Positions 7,777-16,483 of a stretch of DNA of 21,952 nt are shown piece after piece. The stretch's first letter is position 1. The number at the start of each line of letters is the position of its first letter. The notes under the pieces are model-generated. The model was not told where the DNA came from. It did no database searches and saw only the letters and a program-made list of their open reading frames with translations. The translations under genes were made by a program, and so were the position numbers. The stretch is from Verrucomicrobiota bacterium (lineage in GTDB: Bacteria; Verrucomicrobiota; Verrucomicrobiia; Chthoniobacterales; UBA6821): positions 1-21,952 of the forward strand of contig WBXG01000027.1 in NCBI GenBank assembly GCA_008932965.1, written 5' to 3'.

Positions 7777-8958
7777 TCACAAAATATCCAATGATTTCAA
7801 ACTCATCATTGGAACTGCTGAAATATTTTTGGTTAGTGCCCATGGTTTCCCCTCTCCATAACAGATGACATAAAGATGATTGAGATGAAGTGCCTCTAGT
7901 GCTACTTTCATTGACGAGGTTACTTTAGGGGCATTGGTAAGCTTGAATTCAAAGCCGAGGCGTTTTTTATTTTTAAGCACAAGAAGATCAAGCTCAGCAC
8001 CAGAATGGAGCTTCCAAAAAAAGAGTTCTTTGGGGGACGCTCTTAAATGCCAAATCACCTCTTGAATCAGAAGCCCTTCCCATGAGGCTCCGCATTTAGG
8101 GTGTGCGAGTAGCTCATGCTGATCACCAATGCCAAGGAGGCTATGCAGGATACAGCTATCTGTGAGGTAAACCTTCGGCGCCTTCACTTCTCGTTTTTTG
8201 ATATTAGTACTCCAGGGAAGCAATCGAAAGGCCATAAAGGTTCCCTCGAGGATATCCAAATAGCGTGAGACTGTTTTATCACTCACTCCCAAGGAGCAGG
8301 CAAGCTCACTTCCATTCCACGTCTGTCCATGATAATGGGCTAGCATCGTCCAAAAACGTCGTAATGTTATCGCTGGAAGATTGATTCCTAACTGAGGAAG
8401 ATCGCGCTCCAAATAAGTTCGAATAAAGGAAGTTCTCCACTCTTGACTGAGTGGCAAATTTTTTGCGAGCAGCGATCTTGGAAAACCACCCCGTACCCAA
8501 CGAGCATTTAAGCAGACACTGACGCTTTTCTTGCTTGAAGCAACAAATTCTGAGAGCGACACCCCAGGAAGCTCCAAAAAAGAGATGCGACCCGCAAGCG
8601 ATTCTGCAGAGTTCTTCAGCAGCTCAGGAGCAGCACTTCCAAGAATCAGAAAACGAGCTGGCAGCGGCTTGCGATCTGCTAAAACCCTTAGAAGTGAAAA
8701 AAGGTCAGGCCGCAGTTGAATCTCATCGAGCACCACTAAACCCTTAAGCGATTTCAACACAAAACTAGGATCGGAAAGACGTGCGAGATCTTCAGGATCT
8801 TCTAAATCAAAGTGAGTAACAGATCCATTTCTCCATGCTTTCACTAGCACTTTTGCAAGCGTCGTCTTACCAACCTGCCGAGGTCCTAAAATAGCGACAA
8901 CAGGAAAGTGAGTGAAGCGCTTTTGGAGCTCTTTTAACAATACTGCTCGTATGATCAT
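7777..8958 (-). CDS. AAA-family ATP-binding protein with DUF4143 domain (COG1373-like)
   Basis: 393 aa. It has the Walker A motif GPRQVGKTT and the Walker B-like VVLDEIQ, with a C-terminal DUF4143-like region (AHYHGQTWNGSELACSLGVSDKTVSRYLDIL). Confidence 0.85.
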   Translation of the reverse strand: MIIRAVLLKELQKRFTHFPVVAILGPRQVGKTTLAKVLVKAWRNGSVTHFDLEDPEDLARLSDPSFVLKSLKGLVVLDEIQLRPDLFSLLRVLADRKPLPARFLILGSAAPELLKNSAESLAGRISFLELPGVSLSEFVASSKKSVSVCLNARWVRGGFPRSLLAKNLPLSQEWRTSFIRTYLERDLPQLGINLPAITLRRFWTMLAHYHGQTWNGSELACSLGVSDKTVSRYLDILEGTFMAFRLLPWSTNIKKREVKAPKVYLTDSCILHSLLGIGDQHELLAHPKCGASWEGLLIQEVIWHLRASPKELFFWKLHSGAELDLLVLKNKKRLGFEFKLTNAPKVTSSMKVALEALHLNHLYVICYGEGKPWALTKNISAVPMMSLKSLDIL

Positions 8959-8976
8959 TTAAAAAATATAACCACG

Positions 8977-9001
8977 AAAATCCGGAGTGTCACTCCGAAT
9001 T
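8977..9001. repeat. palindrome AAAAT-CGGAGTG-t-CACTCCG-AATT, 25-39 bp upstream of the AAA-ATPase start
   Basis: The core 8983-8997 has perfect 7-bp arms around a single centre base. Its position in the promoter/5' leader suggests an operator-like site. Confidence 0.35.
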
Positions 9002-9055
9002 ATCATGACTGATTTAAAAATAGAAAGAATCACTCAAGCAAAAAAAACCGTACCT

Positions 9056-9219
9056 CTAGCCCGGATATTTTATACTGGTTCGTCGCGAGGCGCCGCAAAT
9101 CCTGATGCAGACAACGAACGTGATGGATTGCGACGATGGTTGTATGTTTCATACTGTCCGAGGAGCATCCATCAAGTGTTGGCAAGCCGCAGCAGATTCA
9201 GTATGAAATATTCGGGTTA
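9056..9219 (+). mobile_element. MITE-like TIR element, copy R5 (body 9060-9216, 157 bp)
   Basis: The left flank and terminus read CTAG|CCCGGATATTTTATACTGG. The right terminus reads CAGTATGAAATATTCGGG|TTAT. The left half is near-identical in layout to R4 (GGTTCGTCGCGAGGCGCCGCAAATCCTGATGCAGA). The lepA stop codon (9217-9219, minus strand) directly abuts the right end. Confidence 0.85.
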
Positions 9220-11010
9220 TCCCGTCTTCAATACTTGAATAAAAGCCTCTTGCGGGATGTTGACGGTTCCAATGGATTTCATACGCTTTTTACCCTCTTT
9301 CTGTTTTTCAAGAAGTTTTCGCTTGCGGGTGATGTCACCCCCATAACACTTAGCAATCACATTTTTCCGCATCGCACTGACACTTTCTCGAGCGACAATT
9401 TTCCCACCAATCGTTGCTTGAATCGCTACTTGATAGAGCTGTACGGGAATCACCTCTTTAAGCTTGGTCGCAAGAGCCCTCCCGCGAGACTCGGCTTTAT
9501 CACGATGAACAATACTAGAAAAGGCATCCACAGGATCACCATTGACAAGCATCTCAAGTTTCACGAGCTTCTCAGCTCGATATCCAGCTGGCTCATAATC
9601 CATAGAGCCGTAACCACGTGTGACTGATTTTATCTTGTCATGAAAATCGACTAAGATTTCGTTCAATGGCAAAGTAGCCGTGATCATCACTCGACGTGTG
9701 TCTACCGATTCTGTCGTTTCCACAACTCCACGCTTCTCCATCATGATTTGCATGATATCACCGATATTTTCATTCGGAACCATGACCACACATTTCGTAA
9801 TAGGTTCACGAATCTCTTTAATAACACTCATGTCAGGAAGATTCGCCGGATTGTCCACAAGGAGTAGTTCTCCATTGGTCCTCTCCACCTCATAGACAAC
9901 ACTGGGATAGGTGGCAATGATATCCATGTTATATTCACGACGCAGGCGTTCTTGAATAATCTCCATATGGAGCAGTCCTAGAAAACCACATCGAAACCCA
10001 AAGCCAAGTGCCACCGAACTCTCAGGTTGAAAAACAAACGCCGCATCATTGAGTTGAAGTTTCGACATTGCCATTTTAAGCGGCTCAAGATCGGCTGTAT
10101 TTATAGGGTAGATACCGCTATAAACCATTGGTTGCACTTCTTTAAAACCAGGAAGGGGTGCTGTTGCAGGATGGCGTGCGTCGGTGAGTGTATCCCCAAT
10201 CTTCATCTCAGCAGTCGTTTTAATATTGCCGATGAAATATCCGACATCCCCAGCTTTCATCGAGGAGGTAGCACTCATTTTAGGAGTGAATATCCCAACT
10301 TCCTTGGTCTCATACGACTGGTTAGTCGACATCAAGCGCACTTGTTGACCCGGCTTCAGATTTCCTGAAAAAACACGAATATAACTAACTACCCCGCGAT
10401 AGATATCAAAGAGCGAATCAAAAACCAACGCACGTAATATTCCATCATCAGGAGGTGGAGATGGAATGCGCTTAATAATGGCCTCTAAAATATTTTCGAT
10501 TCCAATTCCTGCCTTAGCACTCGCTTCAATGGCTTCCTCCCCAGGAATTGCCAAAATCTCTTCCATCTGTTTTTTGACATTCGGAAGATCAGCATTAGGT
10601 AAATCGATTTTGTTAATAACGGGAATGACGGTGAGCCCTTGCTGCAAGGCCAAATGAACATTGGCTAGGGTTTGAGCCTCTACCCCTTGAGCTGCATCGA
10701 TAATGAGAAGCGCCCCTTCACAGGCTGCTAAACTTCGTGATACTTCATAAGTAAAATCGACATGACCCGGAGTATCCATGAGATTGAGTAGATAGGTCTC
10801 TCCGTTACGTGCTTTGTACTCCATCGTCACTGGGTGTGATTTGATGGTGATACCACGCTCCCGCTCGAGGTCCATAGAATCAAGGAGTTGATCCTGCTGA
10901 TCACGCTTGGCAATGGTTCCTGTAAATTCTAGAAGACGATCCGAGAGGGTCGTTTTGCCATGGTCGATATGGGCAATGATACAAAAATTACGAGTATGGG
11001 AGGCAGGCAT
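9217..11010 (-). CDS. lepA: translation elongation factor 4 (LepA/EF4)
   Basis: 597 aa. It has the GTPase motifs AHIDHGKTT, DTPGH and NKID, plus the LepA-specific C-terminal domain (GGDITRKRKLLEKQKEGKKRMK). Confidence 0.97.
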   Translation of the reverse strand: MPASHTRNFCIIAHIDHGKTTLSDRLLEFTGTIAKRDQQDQLLDSMDLERERGITIKSHPVTMEYKARNGETYLLNLMDTPGHVDFTYEVSRSLAACEGALLIIDAAQGVEAQTLANVHLALQQGLTVIPVINKIDLPNADLPNVKKQMEEILAIPGEEAIEASAKAGIGIENILEAIIKRIPSPPPDDGILRALVFDSLFDIYRGVVSYIRVFSGNLKPGQQVRLMSTNQSYETKEVGIFTPKMSATSSMKAGDVGYFIGNIKTTAEMKIGDTLTDARHPATAPLPGFKEVQPMVYSGIYPINTADLEPLKMAMSKLQLNDAAFVFQPESSVALGFGFRCGFLGLLHMEIIQERLRREYNMDIIATYPSVVYEVERTNGELLLVDNPANLPDMSVIKEIREPITKCVVMVPNENIGDIMQIMMEKRGVVETTESVDTRRVMITATLPLNEILVDFHDKIKSVTRGYGSMDYEPAGYRAEKLVKLEMLVNGDPVDAFSSIVHRDKAESRGRALATKLKEVIPVQLYQVAIQATIGGKIVARESVSAMRKNVIAKCYGGDITRKRKLLEKQKEGKKRMKSIGTVNIPQEAFIQVLKTG

Positions 11011-11218
11011 GGAAAAAGAATGCTAAAGTACCTCGTAAAGAGCCATGAGTCCAGAGACACCTTTTCTAAAGTTAGTTTTTCTTGCTCGATAGGTTGTAAA
11101 ATAGCTATCAACTATAAAAGTTCTTCTTCATTGGGTTCAATGAGGTAAATTATAACAACCCACCAAAAGACCAAGATCAAGAAACAAACCGGTTCCGATT
11201 ATTAATTCAAAATAAAAC

Positions 11219-12340
11219 ATGTTTTTTTTTACCCCACGCTATCTCAAAGCTGCTCGCGAACTGCGCGCAGCAGCTCAGAAACTTTTTCATTATCATTGTG
11301 ATCTCTGGAGCAGAGAACAAAGTGATGAAGCGCGTCATGCATTACAAGCATTAGAGACTGCCTTAAAAATAAAAAAAGCCGAACCTCTAGCCCTTGCTCA
11401 AGAAAAAGTAGAAACTCTTTTCTCTTCCCTAGTTCCTGCTCGTCGTCATCATGTTCTTGCTGAAAATGTCGAGTCCATCGTCATTGCCATCGTTCTAGCG
11501 GTTGGATTTCAGGCCTATCTCCTCAAACCCTTTCGTATTCCTACAGGATCCATGCAACCCACGCTCTATGGAATGACAGGGCACCCAGAAGCTACTCTAC
11601 CTCCCTCCCCTCTTGCTAGAGCCTTTGATTTTGTACGCTTAGGAAGAAGTTACATCAGTGTTCAAGCCAAACAGGAAGAAGAGATTTTAAGCTTAGAGGA
11701 AAAGACATTTCTTAATTTCTTTACCTTTACGAAAGTGACTACTTCTTTGGGGAGCTATTCCCTATTTACACCACGTGATGTGCTAATCCGAGATTTTAAA
11801 GTACGTCCAGGTCGTATTCTCTCTCCTGGTGAAATCATAGCACAGGGTTATGTGCAAGCAGGGGATCAGATTTTTGTAGATCGTATGAGTTATGCTTTTT
11901 GTAATCCGAAGGCAGCTGATGTTTTTGTTTTTATTACTTCCGGCATTGCAGGTATTGAGATGAGGCTCGATCCTGCACTTGGCTCTCAATATTATGTCAA
12001 ACGTCTTGCCGGTTTAGCTGGCCAGACGCTTCGAATTGATCCACCTCGTCTTTTTATCGATGGAAGCATACCCCATCAAGCTGGTTTCCTTAAGGTCATT
12101 TCTGCGATCCATGGGTATCGTGGCTACTCTAATGGAACTGCTAGTGGTGACTCCTCTCCCTACCTTGGATCACCAGAAGAGACCTTTACTGTACCCTCTG
12201 AAAGTTTCTTCGCCCTAGGTGATAATAGCTATAACTCGAGTGACAGTAGGTATTGGGGAGTTGTTCCGGAACATAATGTTATTGGACGTGCTTTCTTCGT
12301 CTATTGGCCGTTTTCCTCTCGTTGGGGCCTTATTCATTGA
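11219..12340 (+). CDS. lepB: signal peptidase I (S26 family) with a long N-terminal extension
   Basis: 373 aa. It has the catalytic Ser box GSMQPTL, the Lys box YVKRLAGLAGQTL, and GDNSYNSSDSRYWG. Confidence 0.9.
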   Translation: MFFFTPRYLKAARELRAAAQKLFHYHCDLWSREQSDEARHALQALETALKIKKAEPLALAQEKVETLFSSLVPARRHHVLAENVESIVIAIVLAVGFQAYLLKPFRIPTGSMQPTLYGMTGHPEATLPPSPLARAFDFVRLGRSYISVQAKQEEEILSLEEKTFLNFFTFTKVTTSLGSYSLFTPRDVLIRDFKVRPGRILSPGEIIAQGYVQAGDQIFVDRMSYAFCNPKAADVFVFITSGIAGIEMRLDPALGSQYYVKRLAGLAGQTLRIDPPRLFIDGSIPHQAGFLKVISAIHGYRGYSNGTASGDSSPYLGSPEETFTVPSESFFALGDNSYNSSDSRYWGVVPEHNVIGRAFFVYWPFSSRWGLIH

Positions 12341-12435
12341 TCAGGCTTTTATGATTCCATAGCCTCTTACGCTTCCTCCTTCCTACAAACCGACATTCCA
12401 GAGCTCCAGAGGCTTTTTATTGAAAAGAAAGAATA

Positions 12436-13221
12436 TTATAATCCAGTCGGATGATCGATAAAAGCCCAAGGAAGATGAAATTGCTTAGAAAGATAATTAC
12501 CCAATGCCTTCACTCCAAAGGTCTCAGTCGCATAATGCCCGGCATAGATCAGATTGATATGGAGTTCTTCAGCTTCTATGTAACTTGAGTGACTCCCCTC
12601 ACCAGTGACAAAGGTATCGACACCAGTTGCAGCAGCTTCGATAACTTTATTTCCTGCACCCCCCGTGACCACTAAAACTCTTTCTATTTTTTCTGGGCCT
12701 CCTGGAGCATGATGGACAGGCCCTCCAACGGCGTGAGAAACTTTTTCTAAAAAAGCAGCTCTTGAAATAGGACTACACTGACCGGCATATCCTGTGAGTT
12801 GTCCTGCAATCTCCAAAGCAGGTCTTAGTTCACCAAGATTAAGCGCTTTTGCTAATAAAATATTATTTCCAAGTTCAGGATGAAGATCCAAAGGAAGATG
12901 GGAACTATAAATTGCAAGATTGTGATCCATGGCACATTTAATTTTTTGATAGAAGGTGCCTGTTAATGGCCGCAAGCCGCTCCAGAAAAGACCATGATGC
13001 ACGATAAGAAGTGTGTTTTTTTCTTGTGTTGCTTTCTCAATGACTGCATCGCAGGCATCAACAGCCACGACGATACGCTCGATCAATCCATTATTTTCAA
13101 GCTGTAACCCATTGTGAGCTGGAGGATAATCCTTAATAGAAGCAGTATTTAAAAGGGTGTTAAGGTGATCAATGAGTGTATGAAGCTTCATAGGCAGATA
13201 AGCTAATGGTTGAAGCCTCAA
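12436..13221 (-). CDS. NIF3-family (YbgI-like) dinuclear metal-centre protein
   Basis: It contains DACDAVIEKA...LLIVHHGLFW and the C-terminal GHYATETFGV. The track start at 13221 is TTG, but ATG at 13191 (MKLHTLIDHL...) is the more likely start. Confidence 0.8.
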   Translation of the reverse strand: MRLQPLAYLPMKLHTLIDHLNTLLNTASIKDYPPAHNGLQLENNGLIERIVVAVDACDAVIEKATQEKNTLLIVHHGLFWSGLRPLTGTFYQKIKCAMDHNLAIYSSHLPLDLHPELGNNILLAKALNLGELRPALEIAGQLTGYAGQCSPISRAAFLEKVSHAVGGPVHHAPGGPEKIERVLVVTGGAGNKVIEAAATGVDTFVTGEGSHSSYIEAEELHINLIYAGHYATETFGVKALGNYLSKQFHLPWAFIDHPTGL

Positions 13222-13277
13222 GACTGAAGAGAATTTTAACTCTTTACCCCAGATACGTGACCCATTAACCTTCTTGA

Positions 13278-14396
13278 ATGTTACGAGTAGGAATCGTCGG
13301 TCTCCCCAATGTCGGAAAATCCACCCTTTTCAATGCCTTGACGCGGAGTCGCAAAGCGGAAGCTGCTAATTTTCCATTTTGTACTATAGAGCCTAATGTT
13401 GGCGTTGTTACTGTCCCTGATCCTAGGCTTGCACGTCTAGCAGAGATCATTGATTCTCAAAAAATCATTCCTGCAGTCATTGAAGTAGTTGATATTGCAG
13501 GCCTCGTAAAAGGCGCCAGTGAGGGAGAAGGTCTTGGGAATCAATTTTTAGGGCACATCCGAGAAGTTGATGCAATCGTTCAAGTGGTACGTTGTTTTGA
13601 TAATGAAAATATTCATCACGTCGCCGGAACGCTCGATCCGATTCGCGATATTGAAATCATCAACACCGAACTCATCTTGGCTGACATGGCCGCGGTTCAA
13701 AAACGTATCGAGCGTCAGGCAAAAGCGGCTCGTACTGGTGATAAGGTAGCTAAGGCTGAAATTGCTCTTGGTGAAAAATTGCTCCCCCACCTCAACAGCG
13801 GTGCTCCAGCTTCAACTGTAGAACTCAATGCTGAAGAAAAAAAAATACTGGCAAGCTTCTATCTTCTGAGCGCCAAGCCAGTTCTTTTTGCGGCTAATAT
13901 AGAAGAACAGGATCTCTCTCATCTTTTGGATGCTTCTCGTCCAGCGGTTCAATCTGTGAAAAAAGTAGAGGAGTATGCTATGACTCACTTTGGGACTTCG
14001 ACTGTGACCATCAGTGCTCAGATTGAAAGCGAACTTGCAGAACTCGCTCCAGAAGATGCTGCTGAGTATCTTGCAGGACTTGGCCTCACCGATAGTGGCG
14101 TCGGACTCCTGATTCGTAAGGCTTATGAATTACTCGGACTAAGAACCTATTTTACTTACGGGCCAAAAGAAACACGTGCCTGGACCATTCGTGCTGGTGA
14201 TAAGGCTCCTGCTGCTGCTGGGGTCATTCATTCCGATTTTGAACGCGGCTTCATTGCTGCAGAAACCATGGCATATGATGACTTAAACATACTAGGTTCC
14301 TCTGCAAAATGCCGCGAAGTTGGAAAGCTCCGTATTGAAGGCAAAGAATACGAGGTCAAGGATGGAGATGTACTCGAGTTTCGCTTCAACGTCTAA
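13278..14396 (+). CDS. ychF: redox-regulated ribosome-binding ATPase YchF
   Basis: 372 aa. It has the G1 motif GIVGLPNVGKST, a TGS-like C-terminal domain, and ends ...DGDVLEFRFNV. Confidence 0.95.
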   Translation: MLRVGIVGLPNVGKSTLFNALTRSRKAEAANFPFCTIEPNVGVVTVPDPRLARLAEIIDSQKIIPAVIEVVDIAGLVKGASEGEGLGNQFLGHIREVDAIVQVVRCFDNENIHHVAGTLDPIRDIEIINTELILADMAAVQKRIERQAKAARTGDKVAKAEIALGEKLLPHLNSGAPASTVELNAEEKKILASFYLLSAKPVLFAANIEEQDLSHLLDASRPAVQSVKKVEEYAMTHFGTSTVTISAQIESELAELAPEDAAEYLAGLGLTDSGVGLLIRKAYELLGLRTYFTYGPKETRAWTIRAGDKAPAAAGVIHSDFERGFIAAETMAYDDLNILGSSAKCREVGKLRIEGKEYEVKDGDVLEFRFNV

Positions 14397-14520
14397 ATAT
14401 GGATTGGAATTCTACTAAGGCAGCTAAGAGTTGTGTCGTGCCGGTGCTCGCGCCATCGAGTACTTCATGTACACTCCGTTGCTGCGCGCCGTCACTCCTT
14501 TCTCTTCATCAGCCTCAGCG
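14394..14520 (-). mobile_element. degenerate, truncated MITE relic (copy R9), inverted orientation
   Basis: Three segments align by hand. GGAATTCTACTAAGGCAGCTAAG resembles the reverse complement of R2, CCAATCTACTGCGGAAGCCGGTAAG. GAGTACTTCATGTACACTCCGTTG resembles the reverse complement of R4, CAGTATGAAACATACAGCCGTCG. TCATCAGCCTCAGCG resembles the reverse complement of R2, ACATCAGCCTTCGCG. The relic starts on the ychF stop codon and the far terminus is not recognisable. Confidence 0.45.
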
Positions 14521-15674
14521 AATTCGAAGCCATATTTTCTTCTATTCCTTTTATTCCTGTGACTTCTTTTTCTTTTCTGGCCCAAAAACCTGAAGATTCT
14601 TTTGGACGAGTTTATCCAGAGTCTTCCCATTCTTTTCGTAACTGTTTTCAACGTGATCGGGACCGCATTGTCCATAGTACAGCGTTTCGCCGTCTTGATG
14701 GAAAAACTCAAGTTTTCCTCAATGGGCAGGGTGATTATTATCGAACACGATTAACGCACACCATTGAAGTGGCCTCCCTTAGCAGGACGATTGCACGGGC
14801 TCTTGGGCTCAATGAAGATTTGTGTGAGGCCATTGCCCTTGCTCATGATCTTGGCCACCCTCCTTCTGGACATGCTGGAGAAAAAGCGCTTCATTTGCTT
14901 ATGAAAGATCATGGCGGCTTTGATCACAATGAGCAGAGCCTAAGAGTAGTGAAGCTCTTGGAAGAGAGTTATCCTCAGCATCCTGGACTGAATCTTTCCT
15001 ACGAGATACTTGAGGGGCTCAAAAAACATCATCATCAATTTTTTACACCTCAAGGAGAAAGCTACCCCTCCCCCTCGCTCGAAGCACAATGTGTCGATCT
15101 CTCCGATGAAATCGCCTATTATAGCCACGATCTTGATGACGGTATGGAATCAGGATTACTAGAGCTAGAACAACTTGAGGAACTCAATCTCTGGCGTGAG
15201 GCAAAGCAGATAGCTCTCAACGAGATGGGGGCTCACGTCGGACACGATGCTGCTCTACAAAACAGAAAATTCATTTTGCGTTGCCTTATCAATCACCAAG
15301 TTGAGGAGCTCATTGCTGCTAGTAGAGAGGCAATCCTGGCGGCTGACCTTCATTCTGCAAACGAGGTGAGAATGCATCCAAAGCGTCTTATCTCTTTTTA
15401 TCAGGCTCATAAAAAATCAAATTTAGAACTCCGCTCTTTTCTTTATCACTATTTTTATCGTCATCCTAGTATCTCTACAGCTAATAGAGAGGCTTGTCAC
15501 AAGATTGAGATTCTTTTTCATCACTTTGAAAAAAACCCACATCTTATCGGTCATCGGTTTTACCAACGTATCGATCATGATGGAAAAAATCGTGTGATTT
15601 GTGATTATATTGCAGGAATGACAGATCGTTATCTCCAGCGTTCTTATGAAGGCATTGTTACAGTCACAAGTTAG
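14433..15674 (+). CDS. dGTPase-like HD-domain triphosphohydrolase (Dgt family)
   Basis: It contains FQRDRDRIVHSTAFRRLDGKTQVF, the HD motif LTHTIEVASL...ALAHDLGHPPSGH, and the C-terminal ICDYIAGMTDRY. The start is uncertain. The first 42 codons of the track ORF (GTG 14433) overlap the MITE relic. GTG 14559 would give the usual distance of about 30 aa to the FQRDRDRI motif. Confidence 0.85.
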   Translation: MSCRCSRHRVLHVHSVAARRHSFLFISLSEFEAIFSSIPFIPVTSFSFLAQKPEDSFGRVYPESSHSFRNCFQRDRDRIVHSTAFRRLDGKTQVFLNGQGDYYRTRLTHTIEVASLSRTIARALGLNEDLCEAIALAHDLGHPPSGHAGEKALHLLMKDHGGFDHNEQSLRVVKLLEESYPQHPGLNLSYEILEGLKKHHHQFFTPQGESYPSPSLEAQCVDLSDEIAYYSHDLDDGMESGLLELEQLEELNLWREAKQIALNEMGAHVGHDAALQNRKFILRCLINHQVEELIAASREAILAADLHSANEVRMHPKRLISFYQAHKKSNLELRSFLYHYFYRHPSISTANREACHKIEILFHHFEKNPHLIGHRFYQRIDHDGKNRVICDYIAGMTDRYLQRSYEGIVTVTS

Positions 15675-15729
15675 CTCTAAATCAAATTTTTATTAATCTT
15701 TCATAACTATCTCTAAATCCTCATTCAAC

Positions 15730-16314
15730 ATGAAACCTTCTCTCTTTTTTTCTACAATTATTGCACTTCTCTTTTCTTGCTCCCACCCTCTGCTAGCAGC
15801 TAATACCATTCTCACCTCCCAACAAGTCCTCTCTAGACTTGGCTATTACAAGGGTCCTATGGATGGAAGTGCAGGTAGTGGAACAAGTGCTGCTATTCGT
15901 CGTTTTCAAGTGGCTAATCATTTGCGACCAACAGGAACCCTCACTCCTGAAACTGAAGAAGCCCTCGGAATCGCAGCCCCAACACAAAAAAGAAAGATTT
16001 CTAGCTTCAAACCACAATCCTATCTCTCCCCCTCTGCTCAACCGGATCCTAAAGCCCTTGCCGATCTTTTTGTGGGAGGACCTCTTTTAGCTGCTTCTCC
16101 AGAAATTCAAGTTGCTACGATTCAGAGAGCGCAGGAAAACTTAAAAATATTAGGCTACTACTCCGGACCAATCAATGGCACACCAGATGCCAATTTAAAA
16201 GCAGCACTGCTGGCCTACCAAAGAGATAGCAAATTCAAACGCTCGGGTCGCCTCGATAAAATCACCTTGATGGGTTTAGACATCCTTCCAGGAGTTTACC
16301 AGTCAGGAAATTAA
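15730..16314 (+). CDS. secreted protein with two peptidoglycan-binding (PG_binding_1) domains
   Basis: 194 aa. It has a signal peptide and two repeats, LGYYKGPMDGSAGSGTSAAIRRFQVANHLRPTGTL and LGYYSGPINGTPDANLKAALLAYQRDSKFKRSGRL. Confidence 0.8.
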   Translation: MKPSLFFSTIIALLFSCSHPLLAANTILTSQQVLSRLGYYKGPMDGSAGSGTSAAIRRFQVANHLRPTGTLTPETEEALGIAAPTQKRKISSFKPQSYLSPSAQPDPKALADLFVGGPLLAASPEIQVATIQRAQENLKILGYYSGPINGTPDANLKAALLAYQRDSKFKRSGRLDKITLMGLDILPGVYQSGN

Positions 16315-16333
16315 AGAATGACGTGAAGAAGAT

Positions 16334-16414
16334 CTAGCTTGGATATTTCATACTGATCACCTACGGAGACCAGGAAGTCAGATGGATTTTGCGTTAGCCC
16401 GGATATTTCACTAC
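16334..16414 (-). mobile_element. MITE fragments (copy R6): one 60-bp right arm plus an abutting solo terminus
   Basis: CTAG|CTTGGATATTTCATACTGATCACCTACGGAGACCAGGAAGTCAGATGGATTTTGCG|TTAG|CCCGGATATTTCAC. The first part is the reverse complement of the family right arm. A second terminus starts exactly at the TTAG, which is homologous to the TTAA used by R2 inside R1. Confidence 0.75.
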
Positions 16415-16483
16415 AGGCCCATTTTTCCTTACTAGCAAAGGATAGGAGAGGAAGGTGATTCTTTTTTAACAGACTCAATTTTT

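Noticed and set aside
7777-7795. The C-terminus of the AAA ATPase gene (minus strand TTGGATATTTTGTGA, giving L-D-I-L-stop), which looks like another solo MITE terminus
   Set aside because: Only the core GGATATTT plus a few flanking bases match. An 8-mer match is expected by chance at about this window size and there is no TTAA/CTAG flank. I keep it as a curiosity only.
8987-9627. Track ORFs 8987..9238 (83 aa) and 9136..9627 (163 aa)
   Set aside because: The first is MITE R5 read in its open phase. The second is antisense to the well-supported lepA CDS and has low-complexity, non-homologous sequence.
11011-11218. The divergent lepA / lepB intergenic region, examined for extra repeats or small RNAs
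   Set aside because: It shows no similarity to the MITE family, no convincing palindromes and no tRNA-like structure. It probably just holds two divergent promoters, which I cannot place confidently.
12355-12425. A possible intrinsic terminator between the convergent lepB and NIF3 genes (AGCCTCT...AGAGGCT followed by TTTTTATT)
   Set aside because: The 7-bp arms are separated by a loop of about 40 nt, which is not a convincing Rho-independent terminator hairpin.
14399-14711. Track ORFs 14399..14593 (+) and 14424..14711 (-)
   Set aside because: They overlap the MITE relic and the 5' end of the dGTPase-like gene. They have no motifs and their composition is driven by the repeat and by a T-rich tract.
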